Source: Octopus bimaculoides
Taxonomy: Eukaryota
Assembly (NCBI RefSeq): GCF_001194135.2
Contig: NC_068987.1
Location: 23,578,369 to 23,620,303 of the forward strand
DNA: 41,935 bases
Reading direction: 5' to 3'
The position numbers were made by a program, and so were the translations under genes. A model generated the notes under the pieces. The model was not told where the DNA came from, did not search any database, and was given only the letters and a program-made list of their open reading frames with translations. Shown here in pieces: positions 1 to 11,263 of this stretch; position 1 is the first letter of the stretch, and each line of letters begins with the position of its first letter.

Positions 1-129
1 TTTTTTTTTTTTTCTTCCTCCTCCCAAAAAGAAAAGCTCTACATTGTATTTGTCCCATCTTCGTTGAGCCCTGTGTGGCTAATAAAAGAAATCTATCTAT
101 CTATCTATCTATCTATCTATTCTCAACAG

Positions 130-225
130 TACAAGGAGCTAACCCAGAGACTGAATACACAACTGAAGACAAATAGTCATCTTAAGAAAGAAAACATGAA
201 ATTACAGAAAACTCTAGAATCGAAG
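130..225 (+). CDS. Coiled-coil gene exon 1 (first in window): YKELTQRLNTQLKTNSHLKKENMKLQKTLESK
   Basis: tctcaacAG acceptor, GTTAGT donor, 96 nt, phase 0/0. Confidence 0.8.
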
Positions 226-326
226 GTTAGTATTATTATTATTATTATTTTTTTTTTTTTTTTTGATTTTTAGTCATATTTTATGTTCAAATCAGGAGAG
301 GGAAGGTTCATACCCTTAACCCATTA

Positions 327-822
327 CTGTTGTCTGCTAGAGAATGGTAGGGATTCACTCCCCTTGCTAGCAATATATAGGGTGCAGCACTACACTGATA
401 ACCAGCTGGTGGAAGATCTGCCTGGGGTTAAACTAGTAGTAACATGGAACAGCCATTTCGATGTGATGATTGATTCTACTTGTCGGTATAGTTACTACTC
501 TGATCTTTCCTTGAGATTTTACAAATAGCTATTTTGCTTATTGCAAATCAGTGACCAATGGTCGCTTTGTTTAGAATATATTGCTGGCTGGAGTGGACCC
601 TGGCTATTGCTATGGCAGCCGGGTGCTTGCAATTGAGGATGAGCCAACCAGCTTGAAACTGAGTCAGTCTCATGATTCTGTTGTCTACTAGAGAATAGTA
701 GGGGTTTGCTCCCCCTGCTAGCAATATGTAGGCTGCAGTGCTGCACTAATAACCTGTGGGCGGAAGATCTTCCTGTGGTTAAACTAGTAGTAACATGGAA
801 CAGCCACTTTGATGTGGAGATT
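327..822. repeat. Direct repeat of about 145 bp (327-471 and 678-822, period 351 bp), a 1.4-mer element
   Basis: CTGTTGTCT.CTAGAGAAT...GTTAAACTAGTAGTAACATGGAACAGCCA.TT.GATGTG occurs twice. ORFs 283..528 and 706..891 give near-identical translations. Confidence 0.9.
629..673 (+). ncRNA. Degenerate minimal type I hammerhead ribozyme-like motif
   Basis: TTGAGGA (C3 changed to T), T, GAGC-caacca-GCTT, GAAA, CTGA-G-TCAG, TC. Stem III is palindromic and the cleavage triplet is GTC. Stem I is essentially absent. Confidence 0.4.
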
Positions 823-828
823 AACTTT

Positions 829-1083
829 CATCATCATCATCATCATCATTTAACATCCGCTTTCCATGCTAACATGGGTTGGACGATTTGACTGAGGACT
901 GGTGAACCAGATGGCTACACCAGGCTCCAATCTGATCTGGCAGAGTTTCTTCAGCTGGATGCCCTTCCTAACGCCAACCACTCTGAGAGTGTAGTGGGTG
1001 CTTTTACGTGCCACTGGCACGAAGGCCAGTCAGGCGGTACTGGCAACAGCCACGCTCAAAATGGTGTATTTTACGTGCCACTG
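829..1083 (-). mobile_element. SINE 3' part, major family with (GAT)n tail
   Basis: Reverse complement of the ...CCAGTCCTCAGTCAAATCGTCCAACCCATG.TAGCATGGAAAGCGGA.GTTAAA.GATGATG end seen at 21707-22006 and 31060-31520. Confidence 0.85.
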
Positions 1084-1394
1084 CTATGTCTATGATTCGT
1101 TTGCTTTCAATCTGTGTGTGTGTGTATAGCCTTCATTTACTCATTCTAAAGCTAGTATGTGCACTCATCCTGTACCTCTTGTTTTAACTCTATCTATACA
1201 ATATAAAATGTGACTAGAGAAATCAGTCAACCAACCAACCAACCAACAAATATTTACATTAGCTATTATTATATATATATAAAGATAATCTCAAAAGTGA
1301 CACTTTCAGAATTTGATCTCTTCCAGTGAAGTGTGACATGCACTTTAGTTAGCGTTATTTGATTCGTTAAACCTAATTGCTTAAATCATTACAG

Positions 1395-1531
1395 CACACA
1401 GCTTTGAAAGAGAATATCACCAAGTTACAAACCGAACAAGAAAACCTTGAGCAGCAACTATGTAAAATGGAAACAAGTAATATTGCGATGGTTAGCCAAA
1501 CAAAAACATTGGACAATGAAATTGAAACTTA
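1395..1531 (+). CDS. Exon 2: HTALKENITKLQTEQENLEQQLCKMETSNIAMVSQTKTLDNEIET(Y)
   Basis: ttacAG acceptor, GTGAGT donor, 137 nt, phase 0/2. TA plus the T of the next exon gives Tyr. Confidence 0.85.
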
Positions 1532-1614
1532 GTGAGTCTTGTGTGGAAATTTCTTGCTGTTTTTGTTCATTCTGGTAGTGGTGGTGGTAGTTACTAACAT
1601 TTTTCTTGCAGTTG

Positions 1615-1646
<32 letters not shown>

Positions 1647-2944
1647 GGTGGAGATGGTAGTGGTGGTGGAAGTATAGAGGACATTGTGGTGTTGATGTGG
1701 ATGGTGGTGCTTTAGGTGGGGTGGAGCTGTTGGTGTTGATGTTGTTGTTGGTGGTGGTGTTGTTATTGTTAGTAGTGATGGTAGTTGTCGATAGTAGTAG
1801 AACTGTTGTTAATGGTGGTGAAATGGTTGTTGTTGTTTTGGGGAAGGTGTTGCTCTTGTTAATGACGATGATGATGGTGGTGGTGGTGGTGTTGGTGGTG
1901 GTATTTAACCTCCAAGCCAGCTTTAATCAAGCAGAACTACAATCTAGGATATCCCATCTGTTACCACCACAATTTACATGCAGTCATATTGTGTATAAAA
2001 CTACATTATCTAATACAACCAACATGTCCTCCTCTTTTAAACATACTTGGGTGTCAGTAGAAAGATATATTTTTTCAATGCATAAGTACTGATAGAACAG
2101 TACATATAGGATAAAATCCTTACAGAGCAGAAAATTCCTATATCTTTCTACTTGTACTACAATACATTTCAGCGCTTCAGGAACAAACTTATGTTTGTTT
2201 ACATATGACATAATACTTGGGTGTGATTTAACGGAACTTTGGCTGCTATGTATTGCAAGTCAAGCAACCACAAAGAAGCTTCTTCATTGTTTTGTTTTCC
2301 AGCATCTTGTTATTGTTTACCTCAAAACCAGCCTTAATCAAGAAGAGCTATGGTCAAAGACATTCCTGCCATGGCCATCACATTTACTTTGATATTGTAG
2401 AGTTGGGACTTTGTTTCTTAATCCATTTGCCATTTTTTTTTGTTTTTGTTTTTGAAGATGGTCATGTGTTATTCTTCAAAGGATTTTATAAATGGTCCTC
2501 ACTACTTGGCTCAAGAAGGATTTGTAGTTCTTATAGTCAGAGGTAGTGATGCTGTCAATAGCTTCATCAATTGTTTGAGTGATTCCATGACACAGAGAAA
2601 GCAAATTATTTGAGTTGGTAAAACACTGGACCAGACTATTATTTATTCTGGTTTTTTGTTTACTAAGTTCAATTCTGGCTTTTTGTCTACTAAGTTCAAA
2701 ACCTATCTTAGGTAACCTTGTCTTCAATCCTTCTGAGGCTGATAAATAAAACACCAGTCAAGAGCAGTGAATTATTAGACTGTCAGTCCAAATGTTTTGT
2801 GTTATTTACTCCTAATTCTTTGTGTTCTGAATTCAGATCCTACCATGGCCTACTTTGGTTGTAGACTTAACCCCATCACTTGGTTAAATACCACCATTTG
2901 GTCCTTGGTCACTGCTACTGGAGTCCACTCTGTTGCAATATCCT

Positions 2945-3790
2945 GACTTTTAGCATTTAAACTGACCATATCTAGCTTAAATATTCTTCTTATTCTATGC
3001 TCAAGTTAGCCAGATCTAGTCTCTCACACTAACCCTACAATGTCATTCTAAAAATATACAATAACATCATCAAAATCTCAAGGTTATGAGATAATGCATA
3101 ATTAATTCAAACCAATGTGAACAAATATGCATTATATTTGACAAAGTAACCTGAATGCTAAAGGGTTACATGCTGGGAGTTTAAGAATTGCAGTTCAGGG
3201 CCTTCTACTGAAGGCCTCCATAGGTTAAGCTTTTAGCATTCAGCAGATTACTCTGTCAAATGTAACGCTCGTTTATTCCCACTGTTTTGAATTAATCATA
3301 CATTATCTTGTTGCTTTGAGATTTCAATGATGTGATGACAAGTGACCGAGACCTTGGCAATATGCTGTACTTGAGAAGATTCAACAAGCCAAGCGAAACT
3401 AGTCATGTAAATGGCATCTGTGAAATTGTTGTTGTGACCATTACTGGTGTCATGTAAATGGCACCCATGCCAGTGGCATGTAAAACACACCCATTACACT
3501 CTTGGAGTGGTTGGCATTAGGAAGTGCATCCAGCCAAATCAGACTGGAACCTGGTGCAGCTCTCAGGCTTACAATTTCTAGTCAAACCATCTAACTTGTC
3601 CCAGCATGGACAGTGAACGTTAAATAATGATTCTGATGATGATTATGATTGTTTGTTTTTAGAATGACATTGAAGGGTAGGTGTGAAAGGCAGATCTGAC
3701 CAGTTTGAACACAAAACAGGTAGAATATTTGGGCTAGATCCAGTCAGTAGAATATTTGGCCAGATATAGCTGGTTTAAATGCTAATGGTT
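2945..3790. mobile_element. Two oppositely oriented copies of a MITE-like element (about 2945-3168 and 3224-3790); the second is interrupted by a SINE at about 3340-3650
   Basis: TTTAGCATT...AATGCTAA terminal inverted motifs. Internal segments are reverse complements (CCTACAATGTCATTCTAAAAA versus TTTTTAGAATGACATTGAAGG). Confidence 0.6.
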
Positions 3791-4086
3791 TAAGTGAAAC
3801 ATTATTAAAAATATCATTGTGGGCTTCATAGTACATGACACCTAGAGGCCTATAAAACCATATTCCTGCTGCTACTACTACTATTACTATTGCTACTACT
3901 ATTACTGCTGCTTTTGTTACAACTACTACCATCAGAAGTAGCACCACCACCACCACCACAACTATGTATTTTCCATCTGTTGTTGTTTTAGTCCCAGCCA
4001 TGTTATTAATAAAGGAACTAAATAATAAAACTATCCACAACATTTAGGCATTTTTCTGTATTTTTTTCTATTTTAATTCGTTACAG

Positions 4087-4270
4087 TCAAACACATAAAA
4101 GCATGACTGACAAGTCAGTGAGTCGAATTTCTTATGAGATTTTAAAGAGGCAGACCGAATTAGTTTTGGCCAAAGATGAATTGAAAAGGTACCAGGATTT
4201 AAACGCCCATTTTAGATCATCAATCTCTATGCAAGAGAAGCATAATCTTGAAAAAGAGAAAAAATTAGAG
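4087..4270 (+). CDS. Exon 3: QTHKSMTDKSVSRISYEILKRQTELVLAKDELKRYQDLNAHFRSSISMQEKHNLEKEKKLE
   Basis: ttacAG acceptor, GTTTGG donor, 184 nt, phase 2/0; overlaps ORF 4103..4327. Confidence 0.85.
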
Positions 4271-5869
4271 GTTTGGTCATCTTATCTGTGTTTTTTATTT
4301 TCTTTTTGGTTTTTTTATCTTACTTGATATTCTACTTGTGTGAAGAATGTTTGTAGCCTTGTGGTTAGAGTGTTGGACTCATATTCATAGGTTGTAGGTT
4401 TAATTCTTGGCTCCAGCAGCTTGTTGTGTCCCATGAACAAGGTACTTTGCTTCACATTGCTCCAGTCCACTTAGCTGAAAAAGCTGGAAAAATAACTCCT
4501 ATGATAGATTGCTGTTCCATTCGGTGAATGAGAAGGGGGAATCTTTTGCTCTCAGTCAATTAAATACCTCAAAAAGTGGAGTGAGCTCCAGCTTGTCCAG
4601 CTTAATGGATCACATAGGCTTAAGAAGGGAAGAGAAAAAAAAAAGAAGGAATCTTTTTTTTTTCCAGTGTCTGTCATTCAGTTTGTCTATTCATTTATTC
4701 ATTTGTCATACTTTATCCATCTCTCTTACTAGTATTTTGTCTTCTGGTTTTCAAGACATCATCATCATCATCATCATCATCGTCGTCATCGCCACCACCA
4801 CCATCACCATCATCATCATCTATTAATTTCCATCTTCCATGCCGGCAGGAGCTGACAGGATCTGACAGGCTGGAGGATTGTGTTATTCTCCAAGGTCTGC
4901 TTTGACATGGTTTCTACAATTAGATGCCCTTCCTTTATGCCAGCTACTTTACATAATGTGCTAGGGACATTTTTTTTCTGTGGCACCAGCACTAGTGTGG
5001 TTACCATGTAGTTCACAAGACTAAGATCCTAACTGACTGAACAGGGCTACAATAGAGAGCAATTTCAATATATTGTTGTTTCAATTGCATTTACTGAAAT
5101 ATTAATTGTAATGAAAAGTGACTGAAGAAAATGAAAAATATGAGATTTTGACTAAATTGCTCATTATTTTCAAAATTAATTGAAACAAAGGCAGTGTGTT
5201 TCAGTAGAAATCGTCATCAACTTTTAACATCTTTCTTCCATGCTGGCATGAGTTGGTCAACCCTTACTGTTTGGTGAGAATGGGTGACATTCACCAGGTG
5301 TTGTAGATACATTTTTAGTTTGGCCTGCTGCAGTACTGCTTTTATTAAACATTTACCTGATTACCTGGTACATAATTATTAATTTTTAATCCATCACCTA
5401 ATTTAATACTTTTACCTGGCCCTTTGTGTATTTATAGTTGTATGCAGTCTGTAGGAAGCATTCTAGTCTGAGGATAACCTCCTCCCTTGCTTCCACCAGC
5501 TTTGGAACCACTAAAAAGTGTTATAACTACTGTTGACCCTCCTCAGGAAAGCTATAAAATTTGTTTAAGAATATATTTTCTCATCATTTGTGATTTTGTG
5601 CACCTTCCCTGAGAACAACATTCTAAAAGACTGCAGGCACCTTGACTCAGGGATCATCTGCTCTTGCTGAGACATTCATCAGCCATTTTCTTTTCTCTTC
5701 TTTTTTTTCACTGGCTGAGTCTGGAGGAAGGGTCAGTGCCCAGGACCTTTCCAAGCTCTCTGAGACCAGTAAGATTGATGATGTCAATGTTTGTCTTGAA
5801 CATATTTGTAAGTCAACATTTGTGGCAATGATGGGATCAAAAAGGAAATTACAGAAGAAAGGATTGGAC

Positions 5870-6190
5870 ACAACAAGTGTGTTAGGAAGAGTGGGGAGTT
5901 GAGTGGGCTGGAATACCCGAGCAGAAGGAACATAAACTCAGTCAGATTTGAGGGGAAGAGGCCATTATGGTAGTGGTAGAAGGGATAGAGAGTGGAGGCT
6001 GCACATGTCTGTGATCCAGAGGCTGGAGTGTGTTTGTGAGTGACTATACTAATCAGTCTGGTGGCCCTTTATTTGACATAGTCTATGATGTCTGTGTGTG
6101 CAGCAGCAGTAACATCTCAGCTATCAGAGCAATATTCACTCCAAAGGTGAAATGCATCTGTTGACCTTATGAATCACTGCCGCAGTGATG
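5870..6190 (-). mobile_element. Highly decayed fragment, possibly the 3' (GIY-YIG) end of a C/T-rich Penelope-like element
   Basis: The minus strand reads ...EFMFLLLGYSSPLN, resembling PLE nuclease C-termini. There is no intact frame. Confidence 0.25.
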
Positions 6191-6421
6191 TTTATCTTGC
6201 TCTGATATATATATATAGTGTTTTGACACAATAAGTCTATGAAAAGATTTTATATGAGACAATTTCACAGTATCATGCCTTCTGATGATGTGTATACATT
6301 TGGTATCATACACAGATAGCAATTTCAATATATTGTTGTTTCAATTGCATATACTGAAATATTAATTGTAATGAGAAATCTGAAGTCTAATAATTTTTTT
6401 CTTTTTTCTTTTTAATATCAG

Positions 6422-6553
6422 AATCTTCTGGAAGAGTTGAAAAGAAAAGTGACTGAAGAAAATGAAAAATATGACATTTTGAGTGCTGAAGTTGAGGAAG
6501 CAAATGCACATCTTGAAGAAGTTAAAAAAGGTTATGATGAAGAGAAAGAAGAA
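6422..6553 (+). CDS. Exon 4: NLLEELKRKVTEENEKYDILSAEVEEANAHLEEVKKGYDEEKEE
   Basis: Long poly-T tract plus cAG acceptor, GTAAGT donor, 132 nt, phase 0/0. Confidence 0.9.
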
Positions 6554-6564
6554 GTAAGTATATC

Positions 6565-9144
6565 TGAGGAACAAGAAATGTTTTTAAGTTAGTGAGGAAC
6601 TGACAGAGTCAATAGAGCATTAGACAGAATGCCTTGTGGTATTGATGGATAGAGGAGGGTATCTTAAAGCCATGGGAAGGAGAAGAGGAAAACATGTGTT
6701 GCCCTTATTGGCTGTGGTCCATCCGATGAAGAACAAGGCTCAACCAGTACTTGATTTCCATGAACTGAACAAGCACGTGTCGTGCCATATGGGTGGTGAG
6801 GCAGGAGATGTCTGCAGGGAAACTTTGCGGATTTGGAGGTGCCTGACAGGAGCATCTACAATCGTCGACCTGAAGTCAGCCCATCTGCAACTCCATGTGT
6901 CCAAGAAACTGTGGAAGTACCGGTTGGTGAGGTACAATGGTAGAACTTACTGCTTGATTCGGTTGGGGTTTGGCTTAAGTTCAGCACCAAAAATTATGGC
7001 AAAGGTCCTAAAGACGGTCTTGGGGAAGGTGGCTGATGTGGAGCAAGCGACTAATTCGTACATCAACAACATCCTCGTAGATGAAAGTGTAGCGACAGCA
7101 GAGGAAGTCATAGATCATCTGAAGAAGTTTGGGCTGACTGCTAAACCACCAGATGCCATAGAAAGAGGCACTGCGCTGGGGCTCAAGATTGAAAGAGATA
7201 AGATGGGCAGGTTTGTTTTCCACTGAGGAAATGAGAGTTTGGACCTAAGCAGAGATATGAGTAAGCAAGAACTCTTCTCGGTGTGTGGAAAGCTGGTGGG
7301 ACACTACCCAATTACAGGATGGCTCCAGACAGCATGCAGCTTTATCAAGAGGCGTGCCAAAGGAGTAAGGTGGAGCGACAAAGTAGGGGAGAAGACAACT
7401 GCTGTGATGCAAGATGTTTTGGAGAGAGTGAGAGCAGAGGATCCAATGAAGAGCTGCTGGAATGTGCCCGAAACTAAAAAGGGAGTTGTGTGGTGTGATG
7501 CACGTAGCATCGCAATAAGTGTCATCTTGGAAGTGGTGGGGTGTAGAGGTGGAAGATGCAGTATGGCTCAGAAAAAAGAATGATTGCAGCCATTGATTGT
7601 GGCTGAATTAGATACTGTACTAAAGGGTGTGAACTTGGCACTGAGATGGGGACTCCACCAATTGGAAATTCGAACTGATTTGGCCACAGTAAGAAGGTGG
7701 ATTGCATCAGTGATCAGCAATCAAAGGAGAGTCTGCACAAAGGGAGGCACAGAAATGATAATGAAGCAGCGGTTAGGAATCCTCAGAGAGCTAGCCACTG
7801 AGTTTGGCTTGAAACTACAAGTAGTGTTTGTGTCTTCGGAAAAGAATAAGGCAGATGTGCTAACCAGGGTGAAAAAACTCTGGTTGATGATGGCAGAGGA
7901 TGTACAGAGCATGGTGGCTGTAAGCATGTTGCCTGGTGGGCTCAGAGCTGAGGAGGTTGCACAGCATACACCATGTGGGTGTAGACAGGACTCTGTTCCT
8001 GACCAGGAAAGTGGACACTAATGTTACCAGGGAAAGTGTTTAGAAAGTGATGCGGAGCTGCAACAGATGCCAGTCTACAGACCCTGCTCTGAGTGTGCAT
8101 GAGAGGATTCAGGCTGGAGAAGATTGGAAGAGGTTGGCGATAGATATGACTTATTATCAGGGAAGGCAGTACCTCTCAATGGGCGCCTGTGGGCCAGGAT
8201 GGATGGCAATATGAAAAGAAATGAGGACGGGAGCTGCAGCTGAAACTATAGAGGTCCTCAATGCAGTATTCCTGGGGAGGGGGCCAGTTCATGAGCTGTT
8301 GATGGATAACAGCACAGTGTTTCGCTGAGCACAGTTGAAAGCAATGCTCGACCAATGGAATACCAGACTTTTCTTCAGAGCAGCATATAGGCCTGGCAGG
8401 AATGGGATTGTGGAGTGTCACCATCGCACAATCAAAGTTGTGGCTGAGATTTCTCCCATCGAAGCAGTGTTCTGGTACAATATGTTGCCAAGGTCAGGAC
8501 AGGCTGGGGAAATGGTCCTGCAAAAAGGTTGTGTTTAGGTATGAATGGAGACAACCAAACGTGGAACCGTGACCCTTTGGGGAAGAAAAATAGTCAGCAA
8601 GTGTTCAAAATGGGAAAGAAGTGTGGGTGAAACGCCCCGATGCGTGGTATACAACTCAATGGGGGAAAGGAAGAGTGACAGCAGTGAACTCTCATAACAA
8701 CGTATCAGTGGAAGGAATGCCGCGTCACTTCTTAGACGTCGGGAGGGTCATGAGCTCCTCCAGTGACGAAGAACAAAGAGAGGGAGAGACTGACACCACA
8801 TACTTGCGACAATCCCGAAGCGATCGTCACCCACCTAAATGGTGGGAAGACTATGAAAAGGATACAAGTGATATTGATTGTTAGATCAGGGGGGGGGGCG
8901 TATGGTATTGAGCTGAAGGTAAAGGTTGAAGTGGGAGAGTAGGTAGGCCCTGTCGGGAGTCCCTGAGGACAGAAGTGCTGAAGAAATCATGCACAACGGT
9001 GACCGGAAGAGGTCAGAGAGAAACAGGACAGTGCACAAGGAAGAGAAGGGAATGTCCACATGGATTGTGAGAGAATGCTCCCTCCAGATCGACAGGTAAG
9101 AAAGCCTCAATTCTCCTTTTTCCTAATTTCCCCTTCATACCACA
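6565..9144 (+). mobile_element. 5'-truncated, decayed Ty3/Gypsy-type LTR retrotransposon (RT, RNase H, integrase, PPT, 3' LTR)
   Basis: RT: PVLDFHELN, YCLIRLGFGLSSAPKIM, and YINNILV (mutated YxDD). RNase H: WCDARS, AELDTVLKG, RTDLATV. Integrase: MDNSTVF (about 8300), RPGRNGIVECHHRTIK. Domain order is RT-RH-IN, with several frameshifts and stops. Confidence 0.9.
8899..9144 (+). repeat. Probable 3' LTR of about 245 bp following a G-run polypurine tract (8888-8898)
   Basis: It lies just after the pol stop and AGGGGGGGGGG. It begins CGTATGGTATTGA and ends TTCATACCACA (imperfect terminal inverted repeat, CA end). No 5' LTR is seen. Confidence 0.6.
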
Positions 9145-9405
9145 AAATCTTTGAGGCTATAGTACAAGACACTTGCCCAAAGTGCCACACAGTGGGACTG
9201 AACCTGAAACTACAAGGTTGAGAAGTGAGCTTCTTAACTGCACAGCCATGCATCTGTCATGTATGGAAACAACCTCCAGTTTAGTATCTTTATACTTCTG
9301 TCACAAAAATAGATTCTGCACAGTAACACACCCTATGATAATGTCCAGTCACCTGATCACCTACCATTGCATATTACATATTTCTTTTCTATTGATCTTT
9401 TCAAG

Positions 9406-9498
9406 CTGCTTAAACATGAACAAGAAACAATTGACATTGTTAATGCCCTGGATGAGAAATTAGAAAAACTGAATTATTTGAAATCTCAAAGGGAAAAG
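9406..9498 (+). CDS. Exon 5: LLKHEQETIDIVNALDEKLEKLNYLKSQREK
   Basis: cttttcaAG acceptor, GTAAAC donor, 93 nt, phase 0/0. Confidence 0.85.
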
Positions 9499-10699
9499 GT
9501 AAACTCGATATTTCTTAAAGGTAGTACTTTGTCAAATGATGTTCTTTTTTCTCTCACATTTTTCAAGGTGCAGACATCATTGCGTTCCCAAACTACATGG
9601 TTTTGAGTTCACCACTTGCAGGTGTCTTCTACAATGGCCCCAGGCAAACTAAAAACCCTTGTGAATAGATCTGGTGGATAGAAACTGTAAGAAGCCCATT
9701 ATCATCATCATCATCATCATCAACATCATCAACACCACCGCCGACACCATCATCATCATTATTGTCGTCATTGTTGTCATTGTCTTTGTTGTCATCATCA
9801 TCATCATCATCATCATCATAATCATTTTATGCTGGCATGGATTGGATGGTTTGACAGGATCCAGCAAGCTACAGGCATGCATTGAGCTCTAGTGTTAGTT
9901 TTGGCATAGTTTCCATGGCTGGCTGCCTTTTCTAATGCTAACCACTTAACAGTATGTAATGGATGCCTTTCCAGTGCCACCAGCAATAGTGAGGCCACCG
10001 AGTAACCTGCAAGACAGGAAAAGAACAAGAAAAGGAAAAAGCACCTCCACTTCCCTTCCTCTCCTCCCTCGACTAAGTGGAGAGAGAATTTGAGATAAGA
10101 AGAGGTGGCTTTTGCCAGGTGTTGGTAGGGGTTAAAGTGTGATAGGGGGTCAAGTACAGGTGCTTTGCTGTAGAGAAGATATATGGCTAAACAACATCAT
10201 GTAAGGGAGGGTAGGAGTAGCTAGGGTGAAGAGATGGTAGTGATGGGATACCAGAGCAAACTCTCAATGAGCAAAAGAGGGGAGTGTAAGTTATGAGTGT
10301 GAGGGGAGAGATGGGAGTAGAGGTGAATCTAGCAAAGTGATGAATAGGAGTGAAAGTGCAGCTTGATGGGACATATCAGTATGGAGGGCAAGGTGAGAGA
10401 GAAGGGACTCAGGAATGACAGACCAGGAAGTAAGGGATGATGAGCAATGCATAGGAGCAGTGAAGCGAGGGAGATAGAGGTACATAAGGGTGGCTATAGT
10501 GATGAATGGTTGTGATGGTGGATACAAGAGGGTGTTCAAAATGATTGCAGATATGGAAGGTGTTAAAATGAAATATGACAGAAGGAAGGGGAAGAAAACT
10601 GGAGGCACAGAAAGGAGTTGATGGGTGAAAATAGTGTGGAAAGGGAGAATAATGAGAATAATGGATAGCAGTGGTAGGAAGGCAGTAATTATTAGTACA

Positions 10700-11010
10700 A
10701 AGAATCTTGTCGCCTTTTCAAAGCCTAGCCAAGCTCATGGGCCCGGTTTCCCCAGTTTCTATGGTGTATGTGTTCCTCCCAGCTGGATGGGATGCCAGTC
10801 CATCGCAGCGTTACTCAAGAAACAGGAAGAAAGAGTGAGAGAAAGTTGGGGTGAAAGAGTACAACAGGGGTTGCCACCATCCCCTGCCAGAGCCTCGTGG
10901 AGCTTTAGGTATTTTCGCTCAATAAACACACACAACACCCGGTCTGAGAATCGAAAGTGCGATCCTCCGACCGTGAGTCTGCTGCCCTAATCACTGGGCC
11001 ATTGCACTTC
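10700..11010 (-). mobile_element. tRNA-derived SINE
   Basis: The minus strand begins with a tRNA-like head (AATGGCCCAGTGATTAGGGCAG...GGTCGCACTTTCGATTCTCAGACC), followed by a SINE-type body. Confidence 0.6.
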
Positions 11011-11149
11011 TACAGTACAAAGAATGGGGTCGATATATGAGCTGAGGGGGATGGCTGTTAGGAGAAGGGGATGTTTTTTTTTCCAGAGAATGAATGCCCA
11101 CATAAAGGACTTCCTATCAGCTCATAATTAAAAAGAAATTTTTTTTCAG

Positions 11150-11263
11150 ATCGTGGAGTCGTTAATGCAGAAGAAAAAAAACCTTCAATCTAAATTCAAT
11201 GACAGGCTTCAAGATGATAATGTTTATTTGGACAAGCTAACTCCATACAAGGAAATGTTAACT
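11150..11263 (+). CDS. Exon 6: IVESLMQKKKNLQSKFNDRLQDDNVYLDKLTPYKEMLT
   Basis: ttttttttcAG acceptor, GTAAGT donor, 114 nt, phase 0/0. Confidence 0.9.

Noticed and set aside
1697-2092. Poly-V/L/I/N/H ORFs (also 3744, 9649, 20488-20833, 30209-30540, 34643-34964, 36875, 40962, 41375)
   Set aside because: They are translations of trinucleotide microsatellites.
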